From Escherichia phage vB_EcoM_SA35RD, in the sequence record OL960577.1: a stretch of 64,000 nt of DNA. One strand, given 5' to 3'. The notes under the pieces are model-generated. The model saw only the letters and a program-made list of their open reading frames with translations. It was not told the origin of the DNA and did not search any database. Shown here piece after piece: positions 1 through 8,939 of the stretch. Within the stretch, counting starts at the first letter, position 1. Each line of letters begins with the position of its first letter. Both the position numbers and the translations under genes were made by a program.

Positions 1-2214
1 TTATTTGGCTGCTTCCACAGCCTTCATGAATTTAACGATTTGAGCGACTTGTTCTTTAGAAAGAGTACCACGTCGTCCCATGTAGTCTGACACAATATGA
101 TAATTGGTTTCGAATTCAATAACCATTTTATCATCATTATCGTAAGCATTATCTTTAAGCTTATCGAAAATTTTAGCACACAATTCTAACTTCTTATTCA
201 GGTCTGTATTAGTAGCACCTGCGAATCGATTCCATCCCCAACGATTATTTACTGTTGAGAGTTTTGCAAAGTCTTTACTGATTTCTTTGTTCTTAGAGCT
301 AAAATACTTACTAAGGAAGTTAAGCTCTTCATTACGAGTAATATGATTCAAATAAGGCTGTGCTCTACGACTTGGTGATACATACTCATCATAATCCACT
401 TTATCGATTAGCATAATATAGTCATTAATTGATTTTTCGAACAAGCATTCTACTTCACCAAGTTTACGAACTTTCTTAGCAATCTGTGGACGGACTACAG
501 TGAACTCTTTAATACCTGACAAATCAGCAATACGGGTCAAGAAATTGGAGTCATAGTTCAACCAACCTTTATCTGCGTCAAGACATTCAGCATTAGAACG
601 ATTACGAACTATAGCATAACCTTGGATTTCATCAGCTTCACTCGCTGGAATAAAGAGATCTTCTGATACCCAAACATCGTTTTCATTCTTAAAGAACCGA
701 TGAGCACTTGGGGATTTAGGACGAGGCCCATTAGAACGAGTCTTGACTTCAATCCATGGCTTAACGATTTGTAAAAGCTCTGAAGTCTTGTACATGTTAA
801 TGTTGTCGCCATCAAAGATAACTTTAAGGCGTTCAAGAAGTTTCATTGCATCTTCGTCTGTAGGGTCAACGAATAGTACGCTTTTACCAAAACCGCGTGG
901 AACTTTACCAGTTAATTTAACCTCGTCTTTAGACATTTCAATTGAATTAAGAGCTCGCATTAATGGAACGCGTCCCTTAACGTCGTCAATAACAATTTCA
1001 ACATTTTTAATGTTAATGCCAATCAGACTGTTAATTGAAATAGTTGCCGATGAGCTACCACTTTCACGAATACGACGAAGTCGTGGGTCTGAAACGATAT
1101 CATATACAACACCAAGGTTGCACCATTCGGGCCCCATTTTAAAACGTTTGTACAACTCGGAATAAGTTAGTTGTTCTTTAGAGTATTTCAGTGATTCAAT
1201 ATTAGACCCAGCCTTTTCCATGTATTTACGAGCGGTATAACCAAGAGAATCAATTTCACGGAATACATGACGTGGGTATTTACAATCAATCCATTTCTTA
1301 GAATCTTCAGCGAACAATTTAGCATCGATTTCTGCAACACGTTTATGGATATTTGCTACTGTACGTTTATCAAATGACAATGCTTCACGAGACGGGGCTA
1401 CATCTAGTTCACCCATAGGGAATTTAATATAAGCTGTAGTGCATCGCGTCATCATCCATGTTTGTTCTTTAATAACACTTCCGATTGGATATACAATACC
1501 ACCATAAACAGCCATGATATTACCACGTTCACCCCATGGAGCTTCCTTGGCCAAATATACATCGTCAAATTCAGGGAAGTATTTAATATCTTTAACACCA
1601 CGAACTTCTGCGATATCACCTAGAGGACGCATAACATATGCAATTTCGGATGCAAACTTTTCAAAATCTTCCGGGTTAACCGGCACAACTACTTCTACAC
1701 CCGTACGGTCATCAGGGCCCATCTTATCTACAAAGGTTGGCTTAATTTGTGGACCCGTGTCATCTTGGTAGATTACATAACCACGAACTTCGCCGTTGTG
1801 ATAAGACGTAAGGTTAAACGTATCGGTATACGCTAGTGGAGCTTTAGAACCGAGTCCGAATCCACCAATGAAATCGTTACTCGATGTTTTAGTTGAAGCA
1901 AAATATGAATTATAGATTCCTGGCTCTTCGTCATTACCTCGAATGGTGAAATCACTCATACCAGGACCAAAGTCTCGAACTACAAAACGTGGGTCTAAAC
2001 GACCTGGAGCCTGAACAATAAACTTATCAGTGCAACCATTAAGAATTTGACCATCGATACAGTTTGTGATTAATTCACGTACACAAGCCAATTCTTTGTT
2101 TGTATAAAGGTCATTAGACAAAATCTTATAAACTTTGCTATTGCCTTGAATAGTAAATGCTGTGCTCTTACCGCCTGAACCAATAATCGTTTCTTTAGCC
2201 GTTTCAATAATCAT
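1..2214 (-). CDS. rIIA: rIIA membrane-associated protein (GHKL ATPase-like N-terminus)
   Basis: 737 aa ORF; size, position at genome start and T4 synteny (rIIA, rIIA.1, topoisomerase); stop codon at window nt 1-3. Confidence 0.8.
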   Translation of the reverse strand: MIIETAKETIIGSGGKSTAFTIQGNSKVYKILSNDLYTNKELACVRELITNCIDGQILNGCTDKFIVQAPGRLDPRFVVRDFGPGMSDFTIRGNDEEPGIYNSYFASTKTSSNDFIGGFGLGSKAPLAYTDTFNLTSYHNGEVRGYVIYQDDTGPQIKPTFVDKMGPDDRTGVEVVVPVNPEDFEKFASEIAYVMRPLGDIAEVRGVKDIKYFPEFDDVYLAKEAPWGERGNIMAVYGGIVYPIGSVIKEQTWMMTRCTTAYIKFPMGELDVAPSREALSFDKRTVANIHKRVAEIDAKLFAEDSKKWIDCKYPRHVFREIDSLGYTARKYMEKAGSNIESLKYSKEQLTYSELYKRFKMGPEWCNLGVVYDIVSDPRLRRIRESGSSSATISINSLIGINIKNVEIVIDDVKGRVPLMRALNSIEMSKDEVKLTGKVPRGFGKSVLFVDPTDEDAMKLLERLKVIFDGDNINMYKTSELLQIVKPWIEVKTRSNGPRPKSPSAHRFFKNENDVWVSEDLFIPASEADEIQGYAIVRNRSNAECLDADKGWLNYDSNFLTRIADLSGIKEFTVVRPQIAKKVRKLGEVECLFEKSINDYIMLIDKVDYDEYVSPSRRAQPYLNHITRNEELNFLSKYFSSKNKEISKDFAKLSTVNNRWGWNRFAGATNTDLNKKLELCAKIFDKLKDNAYDNDDKMVIEFETNYHIVSDYMGRRGTLSKEQVAQIVKFMKAVEAAK

Positions 2215-2226
2215 ATTTTTCTCTCA

Positions 2227-2427
2227 TCACAAGTTACGTTTAAAAATTTCTGCTACTTCAAGAAGTTCTTCTTTAGTAGCTGTATCGGTTTGTATTTTAT
2301 ATCGAATTTCCTTAAAGCGTTCTTTAAAGGACTCTGCTGATTCGATATCAAAAAATCTTTGGATAAGCCGGAATTCCCGGAGCACCGCTTTATCAAAAAG
2401 TTCCAAGTCCACGTTATATGTTCTCAT
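2227..2427 (-). CDS. rIIA.1: small protein at rIIA.1 position
   Basis: 66 aa ORF immediately upstream of rIIA on same strand; synteny only. Confidence 0.45.
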   Translation of the reverse strand: MRTYNVDLELFDKAVLREFRLIQRFFDIESAESFKERFKEIRYKIQTDTATKEELLEVAEIFKRNL

Positions 2428-2519
2428 AATATTCTCTTCAGTAGATTCCTAGGGCACTATTACTAAAGACCATATAATCTATCATCTTATGTGTAATAGT
2501 GCCTCAGGCGATTCAGGAT

Positions 2520-3620
2520 TTACGCTGTGAAGATTTTATCCCACATCGCAACAACTGCATCTCGGTTATACTTCTTCCATACTGCTTCAGCACGTTTAAC
2601 TCGAGCTTCGTATGTGTCAGTGAATTCTAATACAGCTTTTGTGTAAAGCGCAACTACTTCTTTCTTAGGAGTAGAGGAATCAATTTCTACACGCACAGTA
2701 TCTGGGTCATATTCGAATGTCGCGTGCGGATAATCCTTAAAAACTAACTGAATCACAGGGACACCTTTAGAGATGGCTTCAATAGAACTATTCTCTACCG
2801 TACCCGTGTCAGGACACGTATTGATAAGTGCTTTAGCTGTTTTAAGACGTTCCATGATTTCACTGTGTGGAGCATCAATAATAACAGGATATTTAGCTGG
2901 TGGTGCCCATTTACTAGGACAGTATCCTGCACCATTTTCGCCTAGTGCTTTAATCGCTTCAAGAGCAACATCAGTACGACGCATTTTAGTGTCATAACGT
3001 TGTGCACTAATAATCAGATCAGTCGCCGGAAGAACTTCAGGTTTCTCATTCAAACAAATAACCGGATAATCTTCGGCTTCAAACAACGGATTTGCTCGCC
3101 AATAATCATAATCAATTTTGTCAGTCAGACCTGAAGTCATATAACAATATTTGCGTTCAAATTCACGGAAGGCTTTAGTAGGAGCATAACTCTTACCACC
3201 GTTCTTATGAATTTGAATAGTCTGGTCCCAAATTTGAACAATGCCACGAGATACCGGTTCAAATGGTGTTGCCATAAAATTCTTATGAACTTTAGAGAGA
3301 CCTGCGTCTTTAATTGCCTGAACGGTTAGTTTGGTCGGTTCCATAGTAACAACAAAATCGTATTCATGGATGCCGGCTAGTTCAACAATCTTACGAGCCA
3401 TAGTATAACTCATACCTAGACTGAATTTAGTCAGATGACCAACAGGATGATGATTAACCTTCCAGTCACCAAACGTGTCATTATCAAAGCCGATATAATC
3501 AATATCAGCACCGATGGACACAAGATATTTCAATACATTTAAATGTACTGCTTCAAGACCACCTTGTACACGTTCTGGGTTAAATGGGACTGCGCGAGAT
3601 GGGATAAACATAACTTTCAT
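2520..3620 (-). CDS. GT-B fold glycosyltransferase, candidate DNA hmC arabinosyltransferase
   Basis: 366 aa; N-terminal MKVMFIPS...GGLE and C-terminal GTVENSSIEAISKGVPVI resemble GT1/GT4 motifs; occupies the gene 60/mobA slot of T4. Confidence 0.55.
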   Translation of the reverse strand: MKVMFIPSRAVPFNPERVQGGLEAVHLNVLKYLVSIGADIDYIGFDNDTFGDWKVNHHPVGHLTKFSLGMSYTMARKIVELAGIHEYDFVVTMEPTKLTVQAIKDAGLSKVHKNFMATPFEPVSRGIVQIWDQTIQIHKNGGKSYAPTKAFREFERKYCYMTSGLTDKIDYDYWRANPLFEAEDYPVICLNEKPEVLPATDLIISAQRYDTKMRRTDVALEAIKALGENGAGYCPSKWAPPAKYPVIIDAPHSEIMERLKTAKALINTCPDTGTVENSSIEAISKGVPVIQLVFKDYPHATFEYDPDTVRVEIDSSTPKKEVVALYTKAVLEFTDTYEARVKRAEAVWKKYNRDAVVAMWDKIFTA

Positions 3621-3631
3621 AATTAAGCCTT

Positions 3632-3664
3632 ATTAAAATTAAAATGAAGCTCCCGAAGGAGCTT
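3632..3664 (-). terminator. stem-loop with UUCG tetraloop followed by U-rich tract
   Basis: Plus strand AAGCTCC-CGAA-GGAGCTT preceded by A-run, just after topoisomerase stop. Confidence 0.45.
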
Positions 3665-5480
3665 AGGACATCCATTCTTTACGAAGTTCTGAATCATCAC
3701 CCATCAGCATTTCAAAGAGTTCTTTCCAATTTTCAGGAAGTTTAACTACGTCGTACACAGGGTTCTGAATCATTTCACGATACTCTGACTTTTCAAGGGA
3801 GCCCAATCCCTTGATGTATCGAATACTATGCTTAGGCAGTGTATCTTTAACTTCTTCATACTCAGCTACAGTATAAAACCATTTTTGAGTTTTGCCAATT
3901 TGTGCAATAATTACAGGTGTTTTAACAAAGCGAATACGTCCTTGTTCAAACAATTCAGGCCAATTACTAAAGAAAGCAAGCAAAGCAGGATAAATACTTC
4001 CAAGGCCGTCATGATCGGCATCGGTCATAATTGCAATATTACGATAGTTCGTATTCTCTGCCTTTTCACCAAGAATAAGACCTGTGATAGCACAGATATC
4101 AAAGAGCTCTTTGTTCTTCATCATATCAGCATATGACATACCCCAGCTATTCATCACCTTACCACGTAACGGGAATCCGCCGTGTAGTTCACGGTCACGA
4201 ACATCAATGAGATATCCAATTGCCGAATCACCTTCTGTTAAAAACAATGTCGTATCTGCATCTTTACCACATTGGTTAGCTTTAATATGCTTATGAACCT
4301 TAGCTTTAGTTGCCTTTTTAGCTGCTTTAGTTTCTGCAGCCTTTTCTGCCGCCAATTTACGAGCTAATGCTGCTTCAACAATAGGCATAATCAAGGCTTC
4401 ATTTTTAAGAAGTGCCTGAGCAATTTTCTTAGCATCTAATTGGATATGATTACGAATATCACCATACGTTGACGTTAAACGTTCTTTAGTCTGAGAATCA
4501 AAACGCATGTTGCTCATGTCTCTAATAAACATCAACATTGTGAGACATTCTTTAACACGAGCTTTAGTGACTTCAATACCATTATATTTCTTTTTAATGC
4601 CGGGCAAAAGATGTTCGCAGATATCATCCATTACACATTCAACATGATGACCACCATTTTTAGTATGGATGTTATTCACATAAGTTAAATGACGGAAGCC
4701 GTCTGGTGATGTTGTGAATGCTATAGAGACTTTATCATTTTCTTGAATGATATTATCTTCACCAAATTGTTTAGCAAATCGTTTAAAATTACCATCAACC
4801 TTTTTACCATTAAATGTGAACTTGATATCAGGATAAACGACTGCCAATGTTTGAAGTCGGTCTAAAGTAATATCTAAATAAATTTGAGATAAATTATGCT
4901 CTTCAAATGAAGAGAAATCAGGAGTGAAGATTACTTTAGTGCCTTTACCTTTAGATTTCTTAGAAGACCATGATTTGTTTTCCATTCCGTTTGAACAGTT
5001 AACAGTGATTTCATTTTCGCCATCTGACGTGATGCCTGTAAACAACGTAGAGAAGATATTAGTTAAACTACTTCCGACGCCGTTCATACCACCAGTCTTG
5101 CGTTCAGAATCATCACCAAAGTTACCACCAGCCTTTGGAATAGTCCAGGCTGCTACAGGACCAGGAATTTGTTCACCTGTTTGGTCGGTAACTAAACCTT
5201 GAGGAATACCACGTCCGTTATCTTCCACCGAAACTTGGTTATTTTTAATTTGCACATCAATTTTATTTGCAAACTTAAATGATGTACGAATAGCTTCATC
5301 AACCGAGTTGTCAATAATCTCATCGATTAATTTAACCAGACCAGGAACATATTCAACTTGTTGATATTTACCAAACAAAAAACGCTCGTGGGCTTCTTTA
5401 GCAGAAGAACCAATATACATACCACTGCGTTTCTTAATATGTTCTACATCTGACAATACCTTAATTTCATTTTTAATCAT
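3663..5480 (-). CDS. 39: DNA topoisomerase II large subunit, fused gp60+gp39 (GyrB-like ATPase)
   Basis: 605 aa single ORF, longer than T4 gp39 (516 aa), consistent with gene 60 and 39 fused; synteny. Confidence 0.75.
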   Translation of the reverse strand: MIKNEIKVLSDVEHIKKRSGMYIGSSAKEAHERFLFGKYQQVEYVPGLVKLIDEIIDNSVDEAIRTSFKFANKIDVQIKNNQVSVEDNGRGIPQGLVTDQTGEQIPGPVAAWTIPKAGGNFGDDSERKTGGMNGVGSSLTNIFSTLFTGITSDGENEITVNCSNGMENKSWSSKKSKGKGTKVIFTPDFSSFEEHNLSQIYLDITLDRLQTLAVVYPDIKFTFNGKKVDGNFKRFAKQFGEDNIIQENDKVSIAFTTSPDGFRHLTYVNNIHTKNGGHHVECVMDDICEHLLPGIKKKYNGIEVTKARVKECLTMLMFIRDMSNMRFDSQTKERLTSTYGDIRNHIQLDAKKIAQALLKNEALIMPIVEAALARKLAAEKAAETKAAKKATKAKVHKHIKANQCGKDADTTLFLTEGDSAIGYLIDVRDRELHGGFPLRGKVMNSWGMSYADMMKNKELFDICAITGLILGEKAENTNYRNIAIMTDADHDGLGSIYPALLAFFSNWPELFEQGRIRFVKTPVIIAQIGKTQKWFYTVAEYEEVKDTLPKHSIRYIKGLGSLEKSEYREMIQNPVYDVVKLPENWKELFEMLMGDDSELRKEWMS

Positions 5481-5523
5481 GTTGTCTCCTCGTTATGAAG
5501 GTATTCTATCATCCGAAATCTAA

Positions 5524-5545
5524 AGCAAAAAGGGCCGAAGCCCTT
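5524..5545 (-). terminator. intrinsic terminator-like hairpin (UUCG loop)
   Basis: AAGGGC-CGAA-GCCCTT preceded by A5 on plus strand (U-run on minus RNA). Confidence 0.5.
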
Positions 5546-5969
5546 ATTTAAATTTAATTTTCTGAAGTGCATCAATTGCAGCCAAACGCCCTTGTTCACT
5601 TTTAACTGTAATGACCACATCGCCTGATACGATCACCGAACCATCAATAAATTCTATAGAGCCTTTTTTGAAATCGACAGCTGTATCTGGTTCCTGAACT
5701 TCTTCAAAGAATTTAAATTCTGCACCATAAAGCAGAATATCACCTTGCATACTATGAATAGTTCGGCCATAATCGCCTACGGCTTCTACAGCAATAACCG
5801 AAACACCGTAACCAATCATCTCTTCCACAATAAAATCTTTGGACAATAAAGTAGTATGCAGATTAGTATTAAGACGTTTACCAGTCGTATTAAGAATTCT
5901 CAAGAAATTATCTTCTTGACCTTTGATAATATGATATTTCTTACCAACTTCAAAACCTTTAAAAGCCAT
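5544..5969 (-). CDS. hypothetical protein at goF position
   Basis: 141 aa ORF, same length and position as T4 goF; no motif recognised. Confidence 0.4.
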   Translation of the reverse strand: MAFKGFEVGKKYHIIKGQEDNFLRILNTTGKRLNTNLHTTLLSKDFIVEEMIGYGVSVIAVEAVGDYGRTIHSMQGDILLYGAEFKFFEEVQEPDTAVDFKKGSIEFIDGSVIVSGDVVITVKSEQGRLAAIDALQKIKFK

Positions 5970-5971
5970 AA

Positions 5972-6151
5972 TTATCCCTTCTTAAGTAAGTCGTAAAAAC
6001 CACCGTTCACATGTTTAGGAGCAGAAACCAGACGAGTAGACAGACGATGACATTCAGGGCAAACATCGTTTTCTCGTTCAGAAATCCTTTTAATTTTTTC
6101 ATATTCATGACCACAATCTTCAGATTGACATTTATAGTCGTATAACGGCAT
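5972..6151 (-). CDS. small zinc-ribbon protein (FmdB-like, CxxC...CPEC)
   Basis: Hand translation MPLYDYKCQSEDCGHEYEKIKRISERENDVCPECHRLSTRLVSAPKHVNGGFYDLLKKG (59 aa, below ORF-track cutoff); abuts flanking genes. Confidence 0.4.
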   Translation of the reverse strand: MPLYDYKCQSEDCGHEYEKIKRISERENDVCPECHRLSTRLVSAPKHVNGGFYDLLKKG

Positions 6152-6153
6152 TA

Positions 6154-6582
6154 TTATTCCTTAAAATGTGCTTTCAACATTTGATACAAAGACCATGCCT
6201 GGTCGTTATTTTCGATAGTAATCGACATCACCGGAAATTCAGACAATTCACCAAGTTCACTAGAATCTTGCTCTTCGGACGCTTGATATGGATTTCCAAC
6301 TTCGTCAAAGAACTCTGCTTCATTCGTGGAGAGCCAGATAAAGTTTTCATCAAGGATATCACCACCTGTTGCGTATCCAACCATGCCAGTAGATGTCACA
6401 ATTTTAGTAGGACGACCAAGATGGTCAACATCTAATACTTTAAATGGTTCCATGCCAAGACGTCGTGCATAAATCCCATTATCGGTGTGGTCCTTAATAA
6501 ACTCTTCTTGGGCACGTTTATCTTTAAATTGGTACCACGAGTTAACGCGGAATTTATTAGCCATTAGTAAGTTTCCTTCCAA
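6154..6582 (-). CDS. hypothetical protein (motB region)
   Basis: 142 aa ORF in minus-strand gene array. Confidence 0.4.
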   Translation of the reverse strand: MEGNLLMANKFRVNSWYQFKDKRAQEEFIKDHTDNGIYARRLGMEPFKVLDVDHLGRPTKIVTSTGMVGYATGGDILDENFIWLSTNEAEFFDEVGNPYQASEEQDSSELGELSEFPVMSITIENNDQAWSLYQMLKAHFKE

Positions 6583-6791
6583 TAAGTTGTACCGTTTTCA
6601 GTGATTTCACGGAAGATACCGTAGATAGGCATTTCATCACCGAGTTTTTCGTAAACGTAAACCACTTCGGTGTAGCATAAAAATCCGGTCCAGTTTTTCT
6701 GTACAACAACTAAATCAGGATTAAACAGAACATCTTCAAACTCATCGATGTTTGAATCAGTAGTTACGTTTTTAATGATTTGACGTTTCAT
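6564..6791 (-). CDS. hypothetical protein
   Basis: Start moved to internal Met (MKRQIIK) preceded by AGAGGAGAA SD and upstream promoter motif. Confidence 0.4.
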   Translation of the reverse strand: MKRQIIKNVTTDSNIDEFEDVLFNPDLVVVQKNWTGFLCYTEVVYVYEKLGDEMPIYGIFREITENGTTYWKETY

Positions 6792-6819
6792 AATATTCTC
6801 CTCTTGTTTTGATAGGTCT

Positions 6820-6847
6820 ATAGTATCATAGGCCATAGTTGTTGTAC
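6820..6847 (-). promoter_or_regulatory. T4-type early promoter-like element (GTACAA -35, TACTAT -10)
   Basis: Minus-strand GTACAA-16nt-TACTAT followed by AGACCTATC, SD and ATG. Confidence 0.4.
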
Positions 6848-6848
6848 A

Positions 6849-7373
6849 TCATTTTAGCAAAATAAAATCAACTTGTTCTGCCAATGAACGTCTAAACATT
6901 AATTGACAACTTCCGAGGATGAAATCAGGTGCTTCATAGACCGCGATGTAGTATCCTTTAGCTTTCAAGAGTTCAACATCCACCTGGTCATCAAACCATG
7001 CATAAACCGCGTCAACGCTTTCAAATCCAAAATAGAACCCTTGAGCCCAATCTTCACTCAATTCAAATGTGTACTCAATTCTATGGTATCTTAAGATATT
7101 TTGTTCAAGAAGTTTGTCTTCATTTACTGTAGGACGATTAGGGACATTATAGTTGTCGCCGTGATGGTAGAAGTTACCTGAGAGTATTCCATGCTTATCA
7201 AGGAACTCCCATGTTTCTTCAGAGTTGTCAGTGCCAGACCAACCGTAAGGTGAGCGAGGTTCTTTATTCCAAGAGGTTTCCCAAATTCTGACGGCTTTAC
7301 CGTCTTCGATAACAATTCCTGGTAATGATTCACGTTGAGTACAAAAACTACGTTCTACGCGGTAAACTAACAT
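6849..7373 (-). CDS. hypothetical protein
   Basis: 174 aa ORF; SD AGGAGA before ATG; promoter motif upstream. Confidence 0.45.
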   Translation of the reverse strand: MLVYRVERSFCTQRESLPGIVIEDGKAVRIWETSWNKEPRSPYGWSGTDNSEETWEFLDKHGILSGNFYHHGDNYNVPNRPTVNEDKLLEQNILRYHRIEYTFELSEDWAQGFYFGFESVDAVYAWFDDQVDVELLKAKGYYIAVYEAPDFILGSCQLMFRRSLAEQVDFILLK

Positions 7374-7398
7374 ATTATTCTCCTCTGGTTGATATGGT

Positions 7399-7427
7399 TA
7401 TAATATCAAAACCAGAGGAGAAGTAAA
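7399..7427 (-). promoter_or_regulatory. T4-type early promoter-like element
   Basis: GTTTAC-17nt-TATTAT; spacer is inverted repeat of downstream SD region. Confidence 0.45.
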
Positions 7428-7432
7428 CAACT

Positions 7433-7852
7433 TTATGCGAAAGCAGCTGGGCTATATTTTTTAATTTGGAATTCAGGAACTACCATGAACTGACCAGCGA
7501 AAACGATGTTATAAAGCTTAACACCATCTTCTACCCAACGGTCGCTAATAAATCCGGCGATTTGCTTAGTTTTCCATGGCGTTCCATCAGTTGCCGCAGC
7601 AATAGTGAATTCATGGTCTTTTTCAACAGAAACTGATCTGCATAGTCCCCATTTGAACGCTTTTTCTTCTGGCTCAATGAACTGGCTTGAGACGTAGCCA
7701 ATATTACCATTAGCATCACGAACTTTAACTTGGTTACGACCAAAAACCGGATCACTCACAGAAAGAACTTCAACCAACTTCCCGGCAACTTTAGAGCGAG
7801 AAGCAACAGATACATATACGTAATCACCTGTAGAGAGATTTACAATATTCAT
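7433..7852 (-). CDS. hypothetical protein, tandem paralog family member 1
   Basis: C-terminal motif SDRWVEDGVKLYNIVFAGQF shared with the two upstream ORFs. Confidence 0.5.
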   Translation of the reverse strand: MNIVNLSTGDYVYVSVASRSKVAGKLVEVLSVSDPVFGRNQVKVRDANGNIGYVSSQFIEPEEKAFKWGLCRSVSVEKDHEFTIAAATDGTPWKTKQIAGFISDRWVEDGVKLYNIVFAGQFMVVPEFQIKKYSPAAFA

Positions 7853-7861
7853 AATAATTCC

Positions 7862-8317
7862 TTAAGCTTTACGAGGAGACACATAGCGAGTGATTTCAGA
7901 TTCTTTAACAACTCGGAAGTCACCTAAGAATACGATATTGTATAACTTTTCACCATCTTCAACCCATTGGTCACTGATGAAGCCGCACATAATATCAGTT
8001 TTGTTTGGATAACCATATTCGTCGATGAAATCAAATTCTTTATCAGTCCGGAATTCAACGCCTTTGCAAAGGGCCCATTTGAACTGTACATTAGGTTCAG
8101 TAGAAGCAAAATGAGCGCTCACATGAGTTTCCAAGAATTTAGGACTTACGTAAGCGTACTGAGTTTCAGTTTTTCCAGAACTAGGAATGATTCGAACTTT
8201 AACTTCTTTAACACGTCCAGTGCCATTAGTACGAAGTCCTACCACTTCAACTAGACGACCTGCAGCTTTAGAACGAGATGCAGACGATACACGCTTAATT
8301 TCACCAATAGTAATCAT
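7862..8317 (-). CDS. hypothetical protein, tandem paralog family member 2
   Basis: Motif SDQWVEDGEKLYNIVFLGDFRVV; start moved to MITIGEIKR after SD, since longer ORF would start inside promoter. Confidence 0.5.
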   Translation of the reverse strand: MITIGEIKRVSSASRSKAAGRLVEVVGLRTNGTGRVKEVKVRIIPSSGKTETQYAYVSPKFLETHVSAHFASTEPNVQFKWALCKGVEFRTDKEFDFIDEYGYPNKTDIMCGFISDQWVEDGEKLYNIVFLGDFRVVKESEITRYVSPRKA

Positions 8318-8347
8318 AATTTCTCTCTCTTTGTTTAAATTGAATTC

Positions 8348-8377
8348 ATTATACTCCATCCATCCTTGGATGTACAA
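8348..8377 (-). promoter_or_regulatory. promoter cassette with internal palindrome (variant copy)
   Basis: TTGTAC ... CATCCA-TCCT-TGGATG ... TATAAT; both palindrome arms changed relative to other copies. Confidence 0.45.
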
Positions 8378-8379
8378 CA

Positions 8380-8874
8380 TTAATTAAGGATATTAACCAC
8401 AGCACTACGTGGAACTACACTAAAATCACCTGCATGAACAACGTTCAGAAGTTCAACACCGTCTTCAATCCACTGGTCAGTTACCCATCCATTTACTGGA
8501 CCTGCGAACGGACGTCGAATTGAAACATATTTACACAACAAATCAGTAGGCTCAATAGGCTTAATCAGGGTACCGTACATACAAGCGATATCCATATCAA
8601 TACAGATATCTTTAACGGGTTCTACTTCTTCAATCAACAGTTCAAAGTCGGTGCTTGGAAGGGCGGTAGTAGAAATTGTACCATATGAATTTTTAATTTC
8701 TAAGAATAACCAAGGGCCTTCAACTTGTTTGATGAAGTTAACAACAGTGAAACTATTACCTTGAGTGGCACCTAAAATTTCACAAAACTTTTCATAAGCT
8801 CGCACTGAAGCACCATACCAGTTGATTTGTTTTTCATCTTTCAGGATGTAAGTAGCCGTTGTATTGATATTCAT
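8380..8874 (-). CDS. hypothetical protein, tandem paralog family member 3
   Basis: Motif TDQWIEDGVELLNVVHAGDFSVVP; start moved to MNINTTAT after AGGAAA SD. Confidence 0.5.
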   Translation of the reverse strand: MNINTTATYILKDEKQINWYGASVRAYEKFCEILGATQGNSFTVVNFIKQVEGPWLFLEIKNSYGTISTTALPSTDFELLIEEVEPVKDICIDMDIACMYGTLIKPIEPTDLLCKYVSIRRPFAGPVNGWVTDQWIEDGVELLNVVHAGDFSVVPRSAVVNILN

Positions 8875-8904
8875 AATGTTTTCCTGTTTGGTTAAGATAG
8901 AAAG

Positions 8905-8934
8905 ATTATACTCCAACCATCCTTGGTTGTAAAC
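8905..8934 (-). promoter_or_regulatory. promoter cassette with internal palindrome
   Basis: GTTTAC-CAACCA-TCCT-TGGTTG-GAG-TATAAT; ~50 bp near-identical to copy at 50541-50590. Confidence 0.5.
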
Positions 8935-8939
8935 TGGTT

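Noticed and set aside
609-1771. ORF-track entries inside rIIA (609..836 minus in another frame; 743..1165 and 1514..1771 on plus strand)
   Set aside because: Fully nested in a well-supported 737-aa gene; no RBS; low-complexity Ser/Thr/Leu-rich translations typical of antisense artefacts.
2162-5202. Plus-strand ORFs overlapping the glycosyltransferase and topoisomerase genes (2162..2452, 2773..2997, 3828..4136, 4084..4296, 4924..5202)
   Set aside because: Antisense to long conserved genes and lacking SD sequences; composition consistent with chance ORFs in AT-rich DNA.
7531-8387. Alternative-frame ORFs inside the tandem paralog genes (7531..7755, 7730..7927, 7924..8109, 7967..8254, 8187..8387)
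   Set aside because: Overlap genes supported by paralogy and promoter/SD signals; no signals of their own.
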